Of a stretch of 64,000 nt of DNA, positions 42,255-51,986 are shown one piece after another. The stretch comes from Microcoleus sp. (GTDB lineage Bacteria > Cyanobacteriota > Cyanobacteriia > Cyanobacteriales > Microcoleaceae). Within the stretch, counting starts at the first letter, position 1. Every line of letters starts with the position of its first letter. Both the position numbers and the translations under genes were made by a program. The stretch covers positions 2,976,001 through 3,040,000 of the forward strand of contig CP181291.1 of assembly GCA_052279835.1 (NCBI GenBank), read 5' to 3'. The notes under the pieces were generated by a model, which saw only the letters and a list, made by a program, of their open reading frames with translations, was not told the DNA's origin and searched no databases.

Positions 42255-42851
42255 CTAATTCGTATTATCTGGTGCTCCCGGAGAAGGCATAGATTGAATA
42301 GGAGCCAAAGGCACATTCGACCGATTTCTGATTAGAGTCGTAGACACCAAAGCATAGCCCAAAATAGCAGGAAGTACCATGGCGCTCAGAAAGACGATCG
42401 CCCCTGCCAAAGTGGTTCCATTCAACATGGGACCGTAATGAGTGCGGTAAGGGTCAAAGGCTGGCAAATCTGACCTCTGGCTATCCCGAAGGGCGATCGC
42501 ACGTTTGAACCTCACCCGCCTGTCGTCCAGTTTTTCTAGCAGCATCCAGCCAACTTCCGCCTCTTCTCGACACAGCTTTTGAAAAATAGCAGGATTCCGA
42601 AATAAATCGCTGTTAGCCCGCACAATTTTATACTCCACAACCGTAGTATCAGGTCTAGGATTGCCGTTAGATTGCGAATTATCTCGGCCAACTAAATGTT
42701 CCTCTTGAGATTCGTAGCGAGTCAAAACTTCCTCCTCCTCATCGCATTGTTGCCCCATAGCCAATAGCTCGCGGTTGATGAAAACCCCCGCCAGCGTACA
42801 CTCTAAACCGAGACTGCCAACCATCAAACTCCAAATCAAAATTTCAAGCAT
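42255..42851 (-). CDS. conserved hypothetical membrane protein
   Basis: EYKIVRAN..LFRNP..F.KLC.EEA..GW.LLEKLDDRRVRFKR; C-terminal TM. Confidence 0.65.
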   Translation of the reverse strand: MLEILIWSLMVGSLGLECTLAGVFINRELLAMGQQCDEEEEVLTRYESQEEHLVGRDNSQSNGNPRPDTTVVEYKIVRANSDLFRNPAIFQKLCREEAEVGWMLLEKLDDRRVRFKRAIALRDSQRSDLPAFDPYRTHYGPMLNGTTLAGAIVFLSAMVLPAILGYALVSTTLIRNRSNVPLAPIQSMPSPGAPDNTN

Positions 42852-42914
42852 AGAAATACTTAAAAGTTAAAAATTCCAAACTAAAAATAGAGATTTGCTT
42901 CGGCTTTTTAACTT

Positions 42915-44069
42915 TCAATCTTGACTTTTCAAATAGCCTTCTATCAAACAATCTGTACCCACGGTGCGCCAAGAAACTCGCTCTAAAGTTAAAGCATCAG
43001 TCATTTTGGCAAACCCCAAATCTCCCACAGGAGTTGGAGCCTGGGAGCCTCCCACAATTTTAGGAGCAATAAAAGCCATAATTTTCTGCACCGCACCGTC
43101 AGCAATTGCTTTTGCCGCCAGAGTGCCGCCACATTCCCACAGTACAGACAGAAAAGAGCGATCGTACAAATAACCCATAACATTAGTCGGTGTCAGTGGC
43201 GACAATTCCACAACTTCCACCCCTTTTGCCATCAAAAATGCTTGAAACTCCAGATTAACCCCAGGTTCAGTAAACACCAAAGTAGGTGCACCAGAGGTTT
43301 CCCACAAACGAGCCGACTTGGGCAAATCGAGCGATCGACTCATCACCACCCGTAGGGGATTATGGCGATCGGGTTGATGGCTAGTCAATTGAGGATTATC
43401 CAAACGCACCGTATTTCCTCCCACAATCACAGCATCGCAGCCGACACGCACCCCATGTACTTCGCTCCGAGCCGCCTCGCCTGTTACCCAAGCGCTGTGA
43501 CCGGTAGTGCTAGCAATTTTACCGTCTAAAGTCATCGCATATTTCAAAATTCCGAAAGGACGTCGGTGCAAAATCCGGTGTACAAAAGCCTCATTCAGTT
43601 TCTGACAAGCTTCCTCTTCTACCCCAGCCACAACTTCAATGCCAGTGGCCTGCAACCGAGCAAGTCCTGTACCCGCCACCAAAGGATTCGGATCGACCAT
43701 CCCAGCCACTACTTTTGCCACCTTAGCCTCAATTAAAGCTGCGGAACAGGGAGGAGTCCGCCCATAGTGGTTACAAGGCTCTAGGTTCACATAAACCGTG
43801 GCTCCGGCCGCGAGTTCCCCAGCTTCCCGGAGTGCAAAAACTTCGGCGTGGGGTTGCCCCGCACCTGGGTGAAATCCTTCGCCGACAATTTTGCCGTCGC
43901 GGACAATTACAGCACCCACGAGGGGATTGGGAGCAGTTTTGCCGAGGGCGCGACGGGCTAATTCTATGCAGCGACGCATCATGGCTCGATCGAACTCTTG
44001 AATTTCGCTATTTTTGAGTTGTGTACTTGAGCTGACGATCGCACTAGCGTCCGTCGGAAAAGTTGCCAT
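42915..44069 (-). CDS. ribD: riboflavin biosynthesis deaminase/reductase
   Basis: PNPLVGAVIV, HAEV, LEPCNHYGRTPPC, KYAMTLDGKIA, WECGGTLA. Confidence 0.96.
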   Translation of the reverse strand: MATFPTDASAIVSSSTQLKNSEIQEFDRAMMRRCIELARRALGKTAPNPLVGAVIVRDGKIVGEGFHPGAGQPHAEVFALREAGELAAGATVYVNLEPCNHYGRTPPCSAALIEAKVAKVVAGMVDPNPLVAGTGLARLQATGIEVVAGVEEEACQKLNEAFVHRILHRRPFGILKYAMTLDGKIASTTGHSAWVTGEAARSEVHGVRVGCDAVIVGGNTVRLDNPQLTSHQPDRHNPLRVVMSRSLDLPKSARLWETSGAPTLVFTEPGVNLEFQAFLMAKGVEVVELSPLTPTNVMGYLYDRSFLSVLWECGGTLAAKAIADGAVQKIMAFIAPKIVGGSQAPTPVGDLGFAKMTDALTLERVSWRTVGTDCLIEGYLKSQD

Positions 44070-44143
44070 AAGATTTTGCTATGATATTTAATCTTGAGTG
44101 TATAGCTTTAACATTCAGGAAGAATAACAGGGGATTAAGAAAA

Positions 44144-44998
44144 ATGACTCAGGACATGAAGCGGGAATTTGCCAGCCGCGAAGAATTAATTACCTACCTG
44201 CGCCAACAGTTCCCCGAAGCCGCCACCAGAGACAGTCACGTATCCCCCACCCTAGGCGGGCGTAAAGCCGCCGAAACAGCACTACAACAAGTCGATCCCG
44301 GCAAGTACAGCTCAACCCGCAACTTTCTCAACGGCGCGGTAACTCGCTTGTCGCCCTATTTACGTTACGGCGTTTTGAGCCTAGCAGAAGTCCGGGATAT
44401 GGTGCTAGCAAAGGTGCGACATCAAGAAGATGCAGTGAAACTTGTCAACGAGTTGGGTTGGCGGGATTATTGGCAGCGACTTTATGCAGAATTGGGAGAG
44501 GGGATTTGGCAAGACCGGGAACCCTATAAAACTGGCTATACCGCTTCATCTTACAGCGAAATCATGCCCGAAGATATCGTTGAGGGGACGACTGGTTTGG
44601 TTTGTATCGATAGTTTCAGCCAGCAGTTGCGGGAAACTGGTTATTTACACAATCACCAGCGGATGTGGATGGCCGCTTATCTCGTGCACTGGCGCAAAGT
44701 GCGCTGGCAAGCTGGAGCTCGCTGGTTTTTGGCACATTTGCTAGATGGAGATCCGGCGAGCAATAATCTTTCTTGGCAGTGGGTAGCTAGCACTTTTAGT
44801 CACAAGGCTTATTTTTTTAATCGGGAGAATTTGGAACGTTACACTAAGGGGGTGTATTGTGGCGATTGTCCTCTGTACGGACAATGTGATTTTGAGGGGA
44901 GTTACGAATATTTGGAAGGGAAGTTGTTTCCTGCGGCAGAAAAGGTCGATCGCACTGGCGGTTCTAAAAGTTGGAATCGTCCTCAAAAACGTCGCTAA
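44144..44998 (+). CDS. stand-alone photolyase/cryptochrome FAD-binding domain protein
   Basis: VTRLSPYLRYG, ELGWRDYW, TGYLHNHQRMW, LLDGDPASNNLSWQW; C-terminal CxxC...C. Confidence 0.85.
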   Translation: MTQDMKREFASREELITYLRQQFPEAATRDSHVSPTLGGRKAAETALQQVDPGKYSSTRNFLNGAVTRLSPYLRYGVLSLAEVRDMVLAKVRHQEDAVKLVNELGWRDYWQRLYAELGEGIWQDREPYKTGYTASSYSEIMPEDIVEGTTGLVCIDSFSQQLRETGYLHNHQRMWMAAYLVHWRKVRWQAGARWFLAHLLDGDPASNNLSWQWVASTFSHKAYFFNRENLERYTKGVYCGDCPLYGQCDFEGSYEYLEGKLFPAAEKVDRTGGSKSWNRPQKRR

Positions 44999-45099
44999 TT
45001 AGTTATTTGTTATTGGTTATTTGTTGGTGATAATTACCAACTCTCGATTCCCTCCCATCTTGGAGGGTAGCCCCATTCCCGATTCCCGATTACACATTT

Positions 45100-45513
45100 A
45101 TGAACAATCCGATTATTTGGCTACACGGAGACTGTCTAAACCCCGAAGGCCCCGTTTTTCAAGCATACCCAAATGCACCGGCGATTTGGGTTTGGGATGA
45201 TGCGCTAATCGATGAATGGCAGTTAAGTCTCAAGCGCATCTTGTTTATTTACGAATCTTTGCTGGAATTGCCAGTAATTATTCGGCGCGGCGATGTGGCG
45301 ACAGAAGTTATGGCTTTTGCTCAAGAATTGAGTGCTAATCAAATAGTGACTACTGAAAGTCCCAGTCCTCGATTTCAGGATATTTGTATCACAATTGGGC
45401 GATCGCTCCCTGTGGAAATTTTATCCCCAGAACCCTTTGTGCGCTATGATGGCTACATTGATTTGAAGCGTTTTTCCCGCTACTGGCGCGTAGCGGAAAA
45501 ATATGTTTTTTAA
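45100..45513 (+). CDS. small protein resembling the photolyase N-terminal alpha/beta domain
   Basis: IIWLHGDCL, AIWVWDD, SLKRILFIYESL, KRFSRYW. Confidence 0.7.
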   Translation: MNNPIIWLHGDCLNPEGPVFQAYPNAPAIWVWDDALIDEWQLSLKRILFIYESLLELPVIIRRGDVATEVMAFAQELSANQIVTTESPSPRFQDICITIGRSLPVEILSPEPFVRYDGYIDLKRFSRYWRVAEKYVF

Positions 45514-45621
45514 TTAATTCAGGACTTACGCACCACCTCTGCATATCCCGTTATGTAGGGACAAAGCACATCCGCAGTTACTCAATCTGGTTCCTAGAGC
45601 TTGAAGCTATTAGATACTAAA

Positions 45622-45710
45622 CGGAGAGGGAGGGATTTGAACCCTCGAAGGATGTTAACACCCTTAACAGATTAGCAATCTGCCGCTTTCGACCACTCAG
45701 CCACCTCTCC
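45622..45710 (-). tRNA. tRNA-Ser(GCU)
   Basis: Reverse complement GGAGAGGTGGCTGAGTGGTCGAAAGCGGCAGATT-GCT-AATCTG..long variable arm..GAGGGTTCAAATCCCTCCCTCTCCG. Confidence 0.97.
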
Positions 45711-46367
45711 TCGATGACAGTAACTAATGATAGCACACAGATTATGGCTGTGGCAACCCCTAATTCAAAAATTCCTAAATCGCTTACCCTGTCTAGATTT
45801 CAGCATTTATTGCTCTCCCATAATTCCTGTGGCACAGGCAGGATTCCTGTTCTTGACTGTTTCAGAGAAGTCTATTGAAATTTGTAAAGTTCTAACATCC
45901 GTTGGATTTTGGGCAACTGTCTTTCAGATTTCCCATAAGCCAGCCAGATGCGATATTAGAAATCTCCTAAAATGATGGTAGGTAGGAATCTTGCCTCCCC
46001 TTGACAGGCTTTTTGGCAGATGTCTATTAAACGTAAAATCCTTTGGTGTGAGAAACCAGACTTTTTTACTCAGTGTGGTTTCTGGATCTTCTATTTTTTT
46101 AAAGTGGGTTTACTTAGTACCTGCTTTTTTGATTCACTAACTGTACTAAAATAAGCCATGCCCTTCGAGAACATTATCGCCAAATCTTCGTCAGTGATTT
46201 TTATGTGGTCGAAAGCAGTTTTTTTCTACTGCACGGATTAATTTGGGGGACAAATATTAAAATCGCCCATCTAAAAACATGAGAATAAATTCGCAATTTG
46301 GGCTGATAATTAAGATAGCGAAATGAATAAGGTATTAGGGTATAATATAAATTTGAGTGGACAGGGT

Positions 46368-47726
46368 ATGGAACTAGATTTACAGAGATTTTATAAGGTT
46401 TGCAATCCCAGCTACACCCTCGCAGTAGCAAATTCAGAAGACAAAAAATATTACATCGAATTCTCTTCGGTTAGGGGTGGCACAATCGTAGAACAATTGG
46501 AGCGGACGATCAGCCGTCTCTCCCCTGACGAACCCACTTGCCAATTATTCACGGGGCACATTGGCTGCGGTAAATCTACAGAATTGTTACGTCTCCAATC
46601 TGAATTGGAACATCAGGGATTTCACGTAGTCTACTTTGAGTCTAGCAAGGACTTGGATATGGCAGATGTGGATATAACTGACATTTTATTGAGTGTGGCT
46701 CGTCAGGTGAGCGAAAGTATTGAGAAACTAAAAATTAAGCTGCAACCGACAGGTTTTAAGGCTTTGCTCAAGGGGGTGGCAGATGTTTTTCAAACTCAAA
46801 TCGATCTGAAAGCTGACGCAAATTTTCCGGGTGTGGGGGAAATAAGTGCGAGCACGGAGGGAGAATTTTCTTTGGCTTTTGGTATTGGTAAAATTACCGC
46901 AAAAGCTAAGGATTCTCCGAATTTGCGATCGGAGTTGAGGCAATATTTGGAACCTCGAACTAATGTGATTTTGGAGGCTCTGAATAAGGAGTTGCTAGAA
47001 CCAGCTATTCAAGCACTCAAAAGTCGGGGAAAACGAGGCCTGGTGGTGATTATTGATAATCTCGATCGCATACATTTGTGCGCTAAGCCCACAGGACGAC
47101 TTCAGCCGGAATATCTGTTTGTCGATCGCGGTGAACAGTTGGCCAGACTCAATTGTCACGTAGTTTATACCATTCCTTTGGTGTTGATATTTTCTAACGA
47201 TTTGGGTCAGTTGACCAATCGGTTTGGGGTCGATCCCAAGGTGTTACCAATGGTCCCGGTACAGAGCCGCAATGGTTCTGAGTGCACAGAGGGTGTAGAG
47301 TTGTTGCGCCAGATGGTGTTGGCTCGCGCTTTCCCAATGGTGCAGGAAAACGAACGCTATGCTTTGATTGGCAAGATTTTTGATTCTCCCGAAACCCTCG
47401 ATCGCCTCTGTCGAGTTAGTGGCGGACACGTCCGTAATTTGCTGCAACTACTTTATGGTTGTCTCCAGAGAGAAGATCCACCGCTGTCTAGGGAAACCTT
47501 GGAAAAGGTAATCGTTCAGCGACGTCATCAGCTCACTTTGGCCATCGAGCCTGATGAGTGGGAACTGTTGAAGCAAGTATCCTCAGCCAAAACAGTCAGC
47601 GGAGAAACTAAATATCAAATTTTGTTGCGCAGCCTGTGGGTATTTGAGTACCGTTATGGTGAGGATTATTGGTTTGATGTCAACCCTATTTTGGCTGACG
47701 CCAAAGAGTTGACAGTTGACGGTTGA
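46368..47726 (+). CDS. P-loop NTPase (AAA/KAP-like), cyanobacterial family
   Basis: LFTGHIGCGKSTEL, VVIIDNLDR, SGGHVRNLL; start at 46368 or 46323. Confidence 0.8.
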   Translation: MELDLQRFYKVCNPSYTLAVANSEDKKYYIEFSSVRGGTIVEQLERTISRLSPDEPTCQLFTGHIGCGKSTELLRLQSELEHQGFHVVYFESSKDLDMADVDITDILLSVARQVSESIEKLKIKLQPTGFKALLKGVADVFQTQIDLKADANFPGVGEISASTEGEFSLAFGIGKITAKAKDSPNLRSELRQYLEPRTNVILEALNKELLEPAIQALKSRGKRGLVVIIDNLDRIHLCAKPTGRLQPEYLFVDRGEQLARLNCHVVYTIPLVLIFSNDLGQLTNRFGVDPKVLPMVPVQSRNGSECTEGVELLRQMVLARAFPMVQENERYALIGKIFDSPETLDRLCRVSGGHVRNLLQLLYGCLQREDPPLSRETLEKVIVQRRHQLTLAIEPDEWELLKQVSSAKTVSGETKYQILLRSLWVFEYRYGEDYWFDVNPILADAKELTVDG

Positions 47727-47783
47727 TGCTTGAGAGTTGATGGTTGACAGCTCATAGCTCACAGTCAACCGTCAACTCAAAAA

Positions 47784-48761
47784 ATGATTAAAGGTACTAC
47801 TAAATTGTTGGGAGTGATTGGTCATCCGATCGCCCATTCTCTGTCACCCGTGATGCACAATGCTGCGATTTCCCATTTGGGAGTCGATTTTGTTTACCTA
47901 GCATTTCCGGTAAAACCAGAGGATCTAAAAGCTGCTCTTTTAGGCTTTGAGGCGATCGGCTTGCGGGGATTTAGCATCACCATTCCCCACAAACAAGCAA
48001 TCCTACCCCTGTTGTCCGAGGTTTCTCCCATTGCTCGTGCGATCGGTGCTGTCAATACCGTGTACCGAACTGACAAAGGTTGGTGCGGTACAAATACTGA
48101 TGTGGAAGGCTTTCTCGCCCCGCTGCAACCCCCCCCAATCCCCCCTTACCAAGGGGGGGCTACAGAGGTGAAATCTGCCTTAGAAAGTGGCAATATGACT
48201 GCCGAATCCTCTCCCTCCCCTGACCAAGGGGGGGCTAGGGGGGAGTCCGATTGGAGTCAGAAAGTAGCCGTAATTTTGGGAAATGGGGGTGCGGCGAGAG
48301 CGGTGGTGGCGGGCTGTGCTCAATTGGGCTGTGCCGAGATTCATGTTGTGGGCCGCCATCAGCAAAATTTGGCGGAATTTCAGCAGAGTTGGGTTGATTC
48401 TCCCATACCTGTCAAATCTTTGCAAGTTCATACTTGGGATAATTTGTCAAGGTTAATTTCTCAGGCCGATTTGCTAGTCAACACGACTCCGGTGGGGATG
48501 TATCCCCAGGGAGAAAAGTCGCCGATTCCGTTAGCTGCGATCGACCAAATTTCCCCAGGTGCGATCGCCTATGATTTAATTTACAACCCCAGCCCTACTC
48601 AATTTCTCAAAGATGCCCAACTTCGCGGAGCCCAAGTCATTGACGGACTCCCCATGTTAGTTCAACAAGGAGCCGCCGCCTTAAAAATTTGGCTGGAGAC
48701 AGAATCAGTCCCCGTAAAAGTCATGCGCCTCGCCTTGCGAAAGCATTTGGGCTTAGATTAA
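47784..48761 (+). CDS. aroE: shikimate dehydrogenase with an in-frame repeat insertion
   Basis: HSLSPVMHN, TIPHK, GAVNT, NTDVEGF, GNGGAARA, NTTPVGM, YDLIYNP. Confidence 0.95.
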   Translation: MIKGTTKLLGVIGHPIAHSLSPVMHNAAISHLGVDFVYLAFPVKPEDLKAALLGFEAIGLRGFSITIPHKQAILPLLSEVSPIARAIGAVNTVYRTDKGWCGTNTDVEGFLAPLQPPPIPPYQGGATEVKSALESGNMTAESSPSPDQGGARGESDWSQKVAVILGNGGAARAVVAGCAQLGCAEIHVVGRHQQNLAEFQQSWVDSPIPVKSLQVHTWDNLSRLISQADLLVNTTPVGMYPQGEKSPIPLAAIDQISPGAIAYDLIYNPSPTQFLKDAQLRGAQVIDGLPMLVQQGAAALKIWLETESVPVKVMRLALRKHLGLD

Positions 48762-48823
48762 CTAGCAATTTGCTACGGAATTCGCGCTAAGCTGAGATTT
48801 AAAATATCCTGGCGCTGCCACCT

Positions 48824-49255
48824 ATGAAATTTAGAGCTATCAGCCTGTTTTTCGCTACTTGCCTGATCGGAATTTTTAGTTTAGCATTCACTCCACCAGC
48901 TTGGGCGCTGACACAAATTAAACTATCGGATCTTTCCTATCGCGAATGTCCGGCAGAAATGGCAGAAGGAACCGTCACTAGCGGCAGTTCCATGGAAGCT
49001 AACTGTTTTTTAATTACTGGTAAAGCTGAAAATACCAGCGGTAAACCTGTTGTTAATGCTGATATTTTCGGTCGAATTTATGATGCCGATGACAACCCGG
49101 TGATGCAGAATCGGACTCGTTTGGGGTCCATCGAAGAAGTTCCTCCCGGAGTCAGCGATTTTCAGCTTAGAATCTCCGTGGCGGCTAATCAACCAACTCC
49201 TTTGAAACTCAAACAGTTTAAAGCTACTGGTTTTACTGGTGTAGTGCGTCGCTAA
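48824..49255 (+). CDS. conserved secreted hypothetical protein
   Basis: Signal peptide (PPAWA); NADIFGRIYDA..PVMQNRTRLGSI. Confidence 0.7.
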   Translation: MKFRAISLFFATCLIGIFSLAFTPPAWALTQIKLSDLSYRECPAEMAEGTVTSGSSMEANCFLITGKAENTSGKPVVNADIFGRIYDADDNPVMQNRTRLGSIEEVPPGVSDFQLRISVAANQPTPLKLKQFKATGFTGVVRR

Positions 49256-49325
49256 AAATATAAACCCGACTTCTGAAAAAAGTCGGGTTTATAATTATTC
49301 TATTATTGGAACTCGACTTAATTAG

Positions 49326-49613
49326 CTAGAGTGCTGTTTGCAAGTTGCTTAAAAGACCGATCAAGAATTCCGAGCCGAACTGAAGGACAAAAAAGGCAAT
49401 CAGGGGAGAAAAGTCAATACCTCCTAGGGGGGGGATTATTGAGCGAAATAAATTAAGGTAAGGGTCTGTTAACTGACTCAAAATCGAAAAAGGAGGGTCA
49501 TACCAATTGATGTTGGGAAACCAGCTTAACAGCACCCGAATAATCATGAGAACGAAATAGATTTGCAGAAATGATGAGAGGGTGGTTGCCAAAAGCCCTA
49601 TTGAATAACTCAT
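49326..49613 (-). CDS. YggT/YlmG family membrane protein
   Basis: IRVLLSWFP...QLTDPYLNLFRSIIPPLGGIDFSP; ATG at 49613. Confidence 0.92.
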   Translation of the reverse strand: MSYSIGLLATTLSSFLQIYFVLMIIRVLLSWFPNINWYDPPFSILSQLTDPYLNLFRSIIPPLGGIDFSPLIAFFVLQFGSEFLIGLLSNLQTAL

Positions 49614-49795
49614 AAATTTTGCTTGATGTTGAGTAAAGTTTAGAAAAGCTTTGAGTTTTAGTTTAGCATAACTGGCGCAGTGAAGCGATTTTCGCTGTTG
49701 GATTCTAGATTGAGGATTGCAGAATTCACCCCACGGATCAATCCGGGGGCTGGTAGCCAATTGCTTTTGGTTATGCTAAGCAACCTGAAATTGAT

Positions 49796-50116
49796 TCAGG
49801 AATCTTCAGCTAAAGAACTTTGGCTGGTGTGCTGTACGTTGCCATTCACGTCACGGATTTCCAGTCGCACATCATCGATGGCCTGATTGAGTTGGGCAAT
49901 TTTATCTTCTAAACTCAGCCTTGCTACTTCCATGCGTTGGGCTTCCATTTGGCTGCTTTTGCCCTTGCTTCCCTTGATGGACTTGGACTCTGAGGGGTCT
50001 GCCAGGAATGCCTCAGCAGCGCGTCTCGATAGCACCGCCCCCAAAACAGCACCCACCAAGCCACCAACTGCGGCACCTGCAATAAATCCGCCTGTAAAAC
50101 CGTCTCGATTGCTCAT
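49796..50116 (-). CDS. conserved hypothetical protein (Gly-rich TM plus coiled coil)
   Basis: GFTGGFIAGAAVGGLVG, ARLSLEDKIAQLNQAIDDVR; upstream of yggT. Confidence 0.75.
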   Translation of the reverse strand: MSNRDGFTGGFIAGAAVGGLVGAVLGAVLSRRAAEAFLADPSESKSIKGSKGKSSQMEAQRMEVARLSLEDKIAQLNQAIDDVRLEIRDVNGNVQHTSQSSLAEDS

Positions 50117-50853
50117 TTTTCAACTCAACTAGGCGATATTTCCTTGATTTTTTCATTGTAACCAGATGAGGGGGCAGGTTTGACCACGGTACACCACCTA
50201 GGATTCTAGAGGGTAACTAAACCAGCCCCTTGTAACCCTTGTATCTTAAAAGAGTCAGTCGATCGTACTGTCAATCATCTGTAACGGTCAAAAAAGTTTT
50301 TAAAGAACATGAGCCATCTGTGAAGTTGACCAGTCTCGATCGACTCAACAAGTCTGTAGCAGCCTGTAAATGACAGCGACAGTTTTAGGCATAGACATCT
50401 TTAATGTCACGTTAATTCGTGAAATACTTCAATTTAGAATGCAACTCATAGAGCACCCAATTGTTAATTTTTTGTGGTTTTAGATAACAGATTAAGTTTC
50501 CGAATAGTCAAATAAATTACTTTGTCAAAAAACTAACAACCTAGAATATCTAAGCTTACAAAATTAATAAATTGTTTTTGAGAAAGGTAGCTAAAGTGGC
50601 TAACTTAAGTGGCTAACTGTCCTGGACGTTTTAAATTGATCGAGACAACGTTGATATATATCGAGGCGCTTGCGATCGCCCGATACAGTTCAAACAAATT
50701 CACGATTGTTTTTGGAGAAATCTCAGATGGCTTACATTCCAGGTATAGCCTTTCTCAGGTAGATGAGATACAATGTAACTGACAAGAACAGAGTGGAAAA
50801 TATTTAGTTCAAAAAGATCGCACAGCTCTAATTCAATCTTGTGATTGAAGCCC

Positions 50854-50991
50854 CGATCGGGTCACAGCAGTCGATCGGGTCACAGCAGTCGATCGGGTCA
50901 CAGCAGTCGATCGCCAAAAGCAGTCGATCGCCAAAAGCAGTCGATCGGGTCACAGCAGTCGATCGCCAAAAGCAGTCGATCGGGTCACAGC
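50854..50991. repeat. 17/18-bp tandem array inside the IS630, each unit containing CGATCG
   Basis: Units A=GATCGGGTCACAGCAGTC and B=GATCGCCAAAAGCAGTC, in the order AAABBABA. Confidence 0.9.
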
Positions 50992-51029
50992 TATTCCCTG
51001 ATTGTAAAAAGCATCACACCTTACTAAAA

Positions 51030-51986
51030 ATGAAATCTTATTCTATTGACTTTCGACAAAAAATAATTAATGTTTACCATAGTGAGCCCATCTCACAAAG
51101 ACAAATAGCCAAGCGGTTTTGTGTGGCGACTAGCTTCGTTCAAAAATTGCTTAAACAGTATCGCCAAACCCAAAGTATTGCCCCTCAAACTCATCGATGC
51201 GGGGGCCTACTTAAACTCAAACCTGAACAACTGGTTATTTTAGCGGAATTAATTGAAAAAAATAACGATGCCACCCTCGAAGAACTCTGTCATTTACTCG
51301 AGCAAAAAATCGGCGTAAATATCAGTAGGGCTACAATGGGAAGAATGGCACAACGGTTGAACATAACTTACAAAAAAAAAACTCTCTTCCCCTCAGCTAA
51401 AGGCAGTGACAGAGTTCAAAACCTTCGATATGAGTTCTGGCAGCAAATCCGAAATCTGAATATGAATAATTTAATATTTATTGATGAGTCGGGGGTTAAT
51501 CTAGCTATGGTTAGATTATATGCCCGGTCGTTAAAAGGCTCAAGAGCCCTTGGGCCTAAACCAAATAGACGTGGCAAAAATGTCTCGATATTGGGAGCAA
51601 TATCTGTCAAAAAACTGCTGACATCAGTGAATTTATTAGGCTCAATAGATGGGATTACTTTTGAGGCTTTTATCATCAGAAAACTTGTGCCAAAACTCTG
51701 GAAAGGTGCTTGTGTATTGATGGACAACTATAGTATTCACAAAGGGGAAGAAATAGAAAAAGCCATTAAGAAAGCGGGAGCAAAGTTAATATTTTTACCC
51801 CCGTATTCTCCCGACTTTTCGCCAATTGAAAATGTATGGTCAAAGCTGAAGTATCTTCTCCGTACTTTTGGTGCGAGAACCTATCAAGCATTAGACTCGG
51901 CGATAGTAAGCGCATTTGAGCAAATTGATGAGCAAGACCTGTGGAATTGGTTTACTCACTGCTGTTATTGCACCTCATCTATCTGA
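51030..51986 (+). CDS. IS630 DDE transposase
   Basis: MKSYSIDFRQKI, DATLEEL, FIDESG, MDNYSIHK, LPPYSPDFSPIE; one frame through the A10 run (YKKKTL). Confidence 0.95.
   Translation: MKSYSIDFRQKIINVYHSEPISQRQIAKRFCVATSFVQKLLKQYRQTQSIAPQTHRCGGLLKLKPEQLVILAELIEKNNDATLEELCHLLEQKIGVNISRATMGRMAQRLNITYKKKTLFPSAKGSDRVQNLRYEFWQQIRNLNMNNLIFIDESGVNLAMVRLYARSLKGSRALGPKPNRRGKNVSILGAISVKKLLTSVNLLGSIDGITFEAFIIRKLVPKLWKGACVLMDNYSIHKGEEIEKAIKKAGAKLIFLPPYSPDFSPIENVWSKLKYLLRTFGARTYQALDSAIVSAFEQIDEQDLWNWFTHCCYCTSSI

Noticed and set aside
45622..45710. tRNA-Ser as the integration site of a genomic island
   Set aside because: No integrase, and I saw no duplicated tRNA 3' end in the window.
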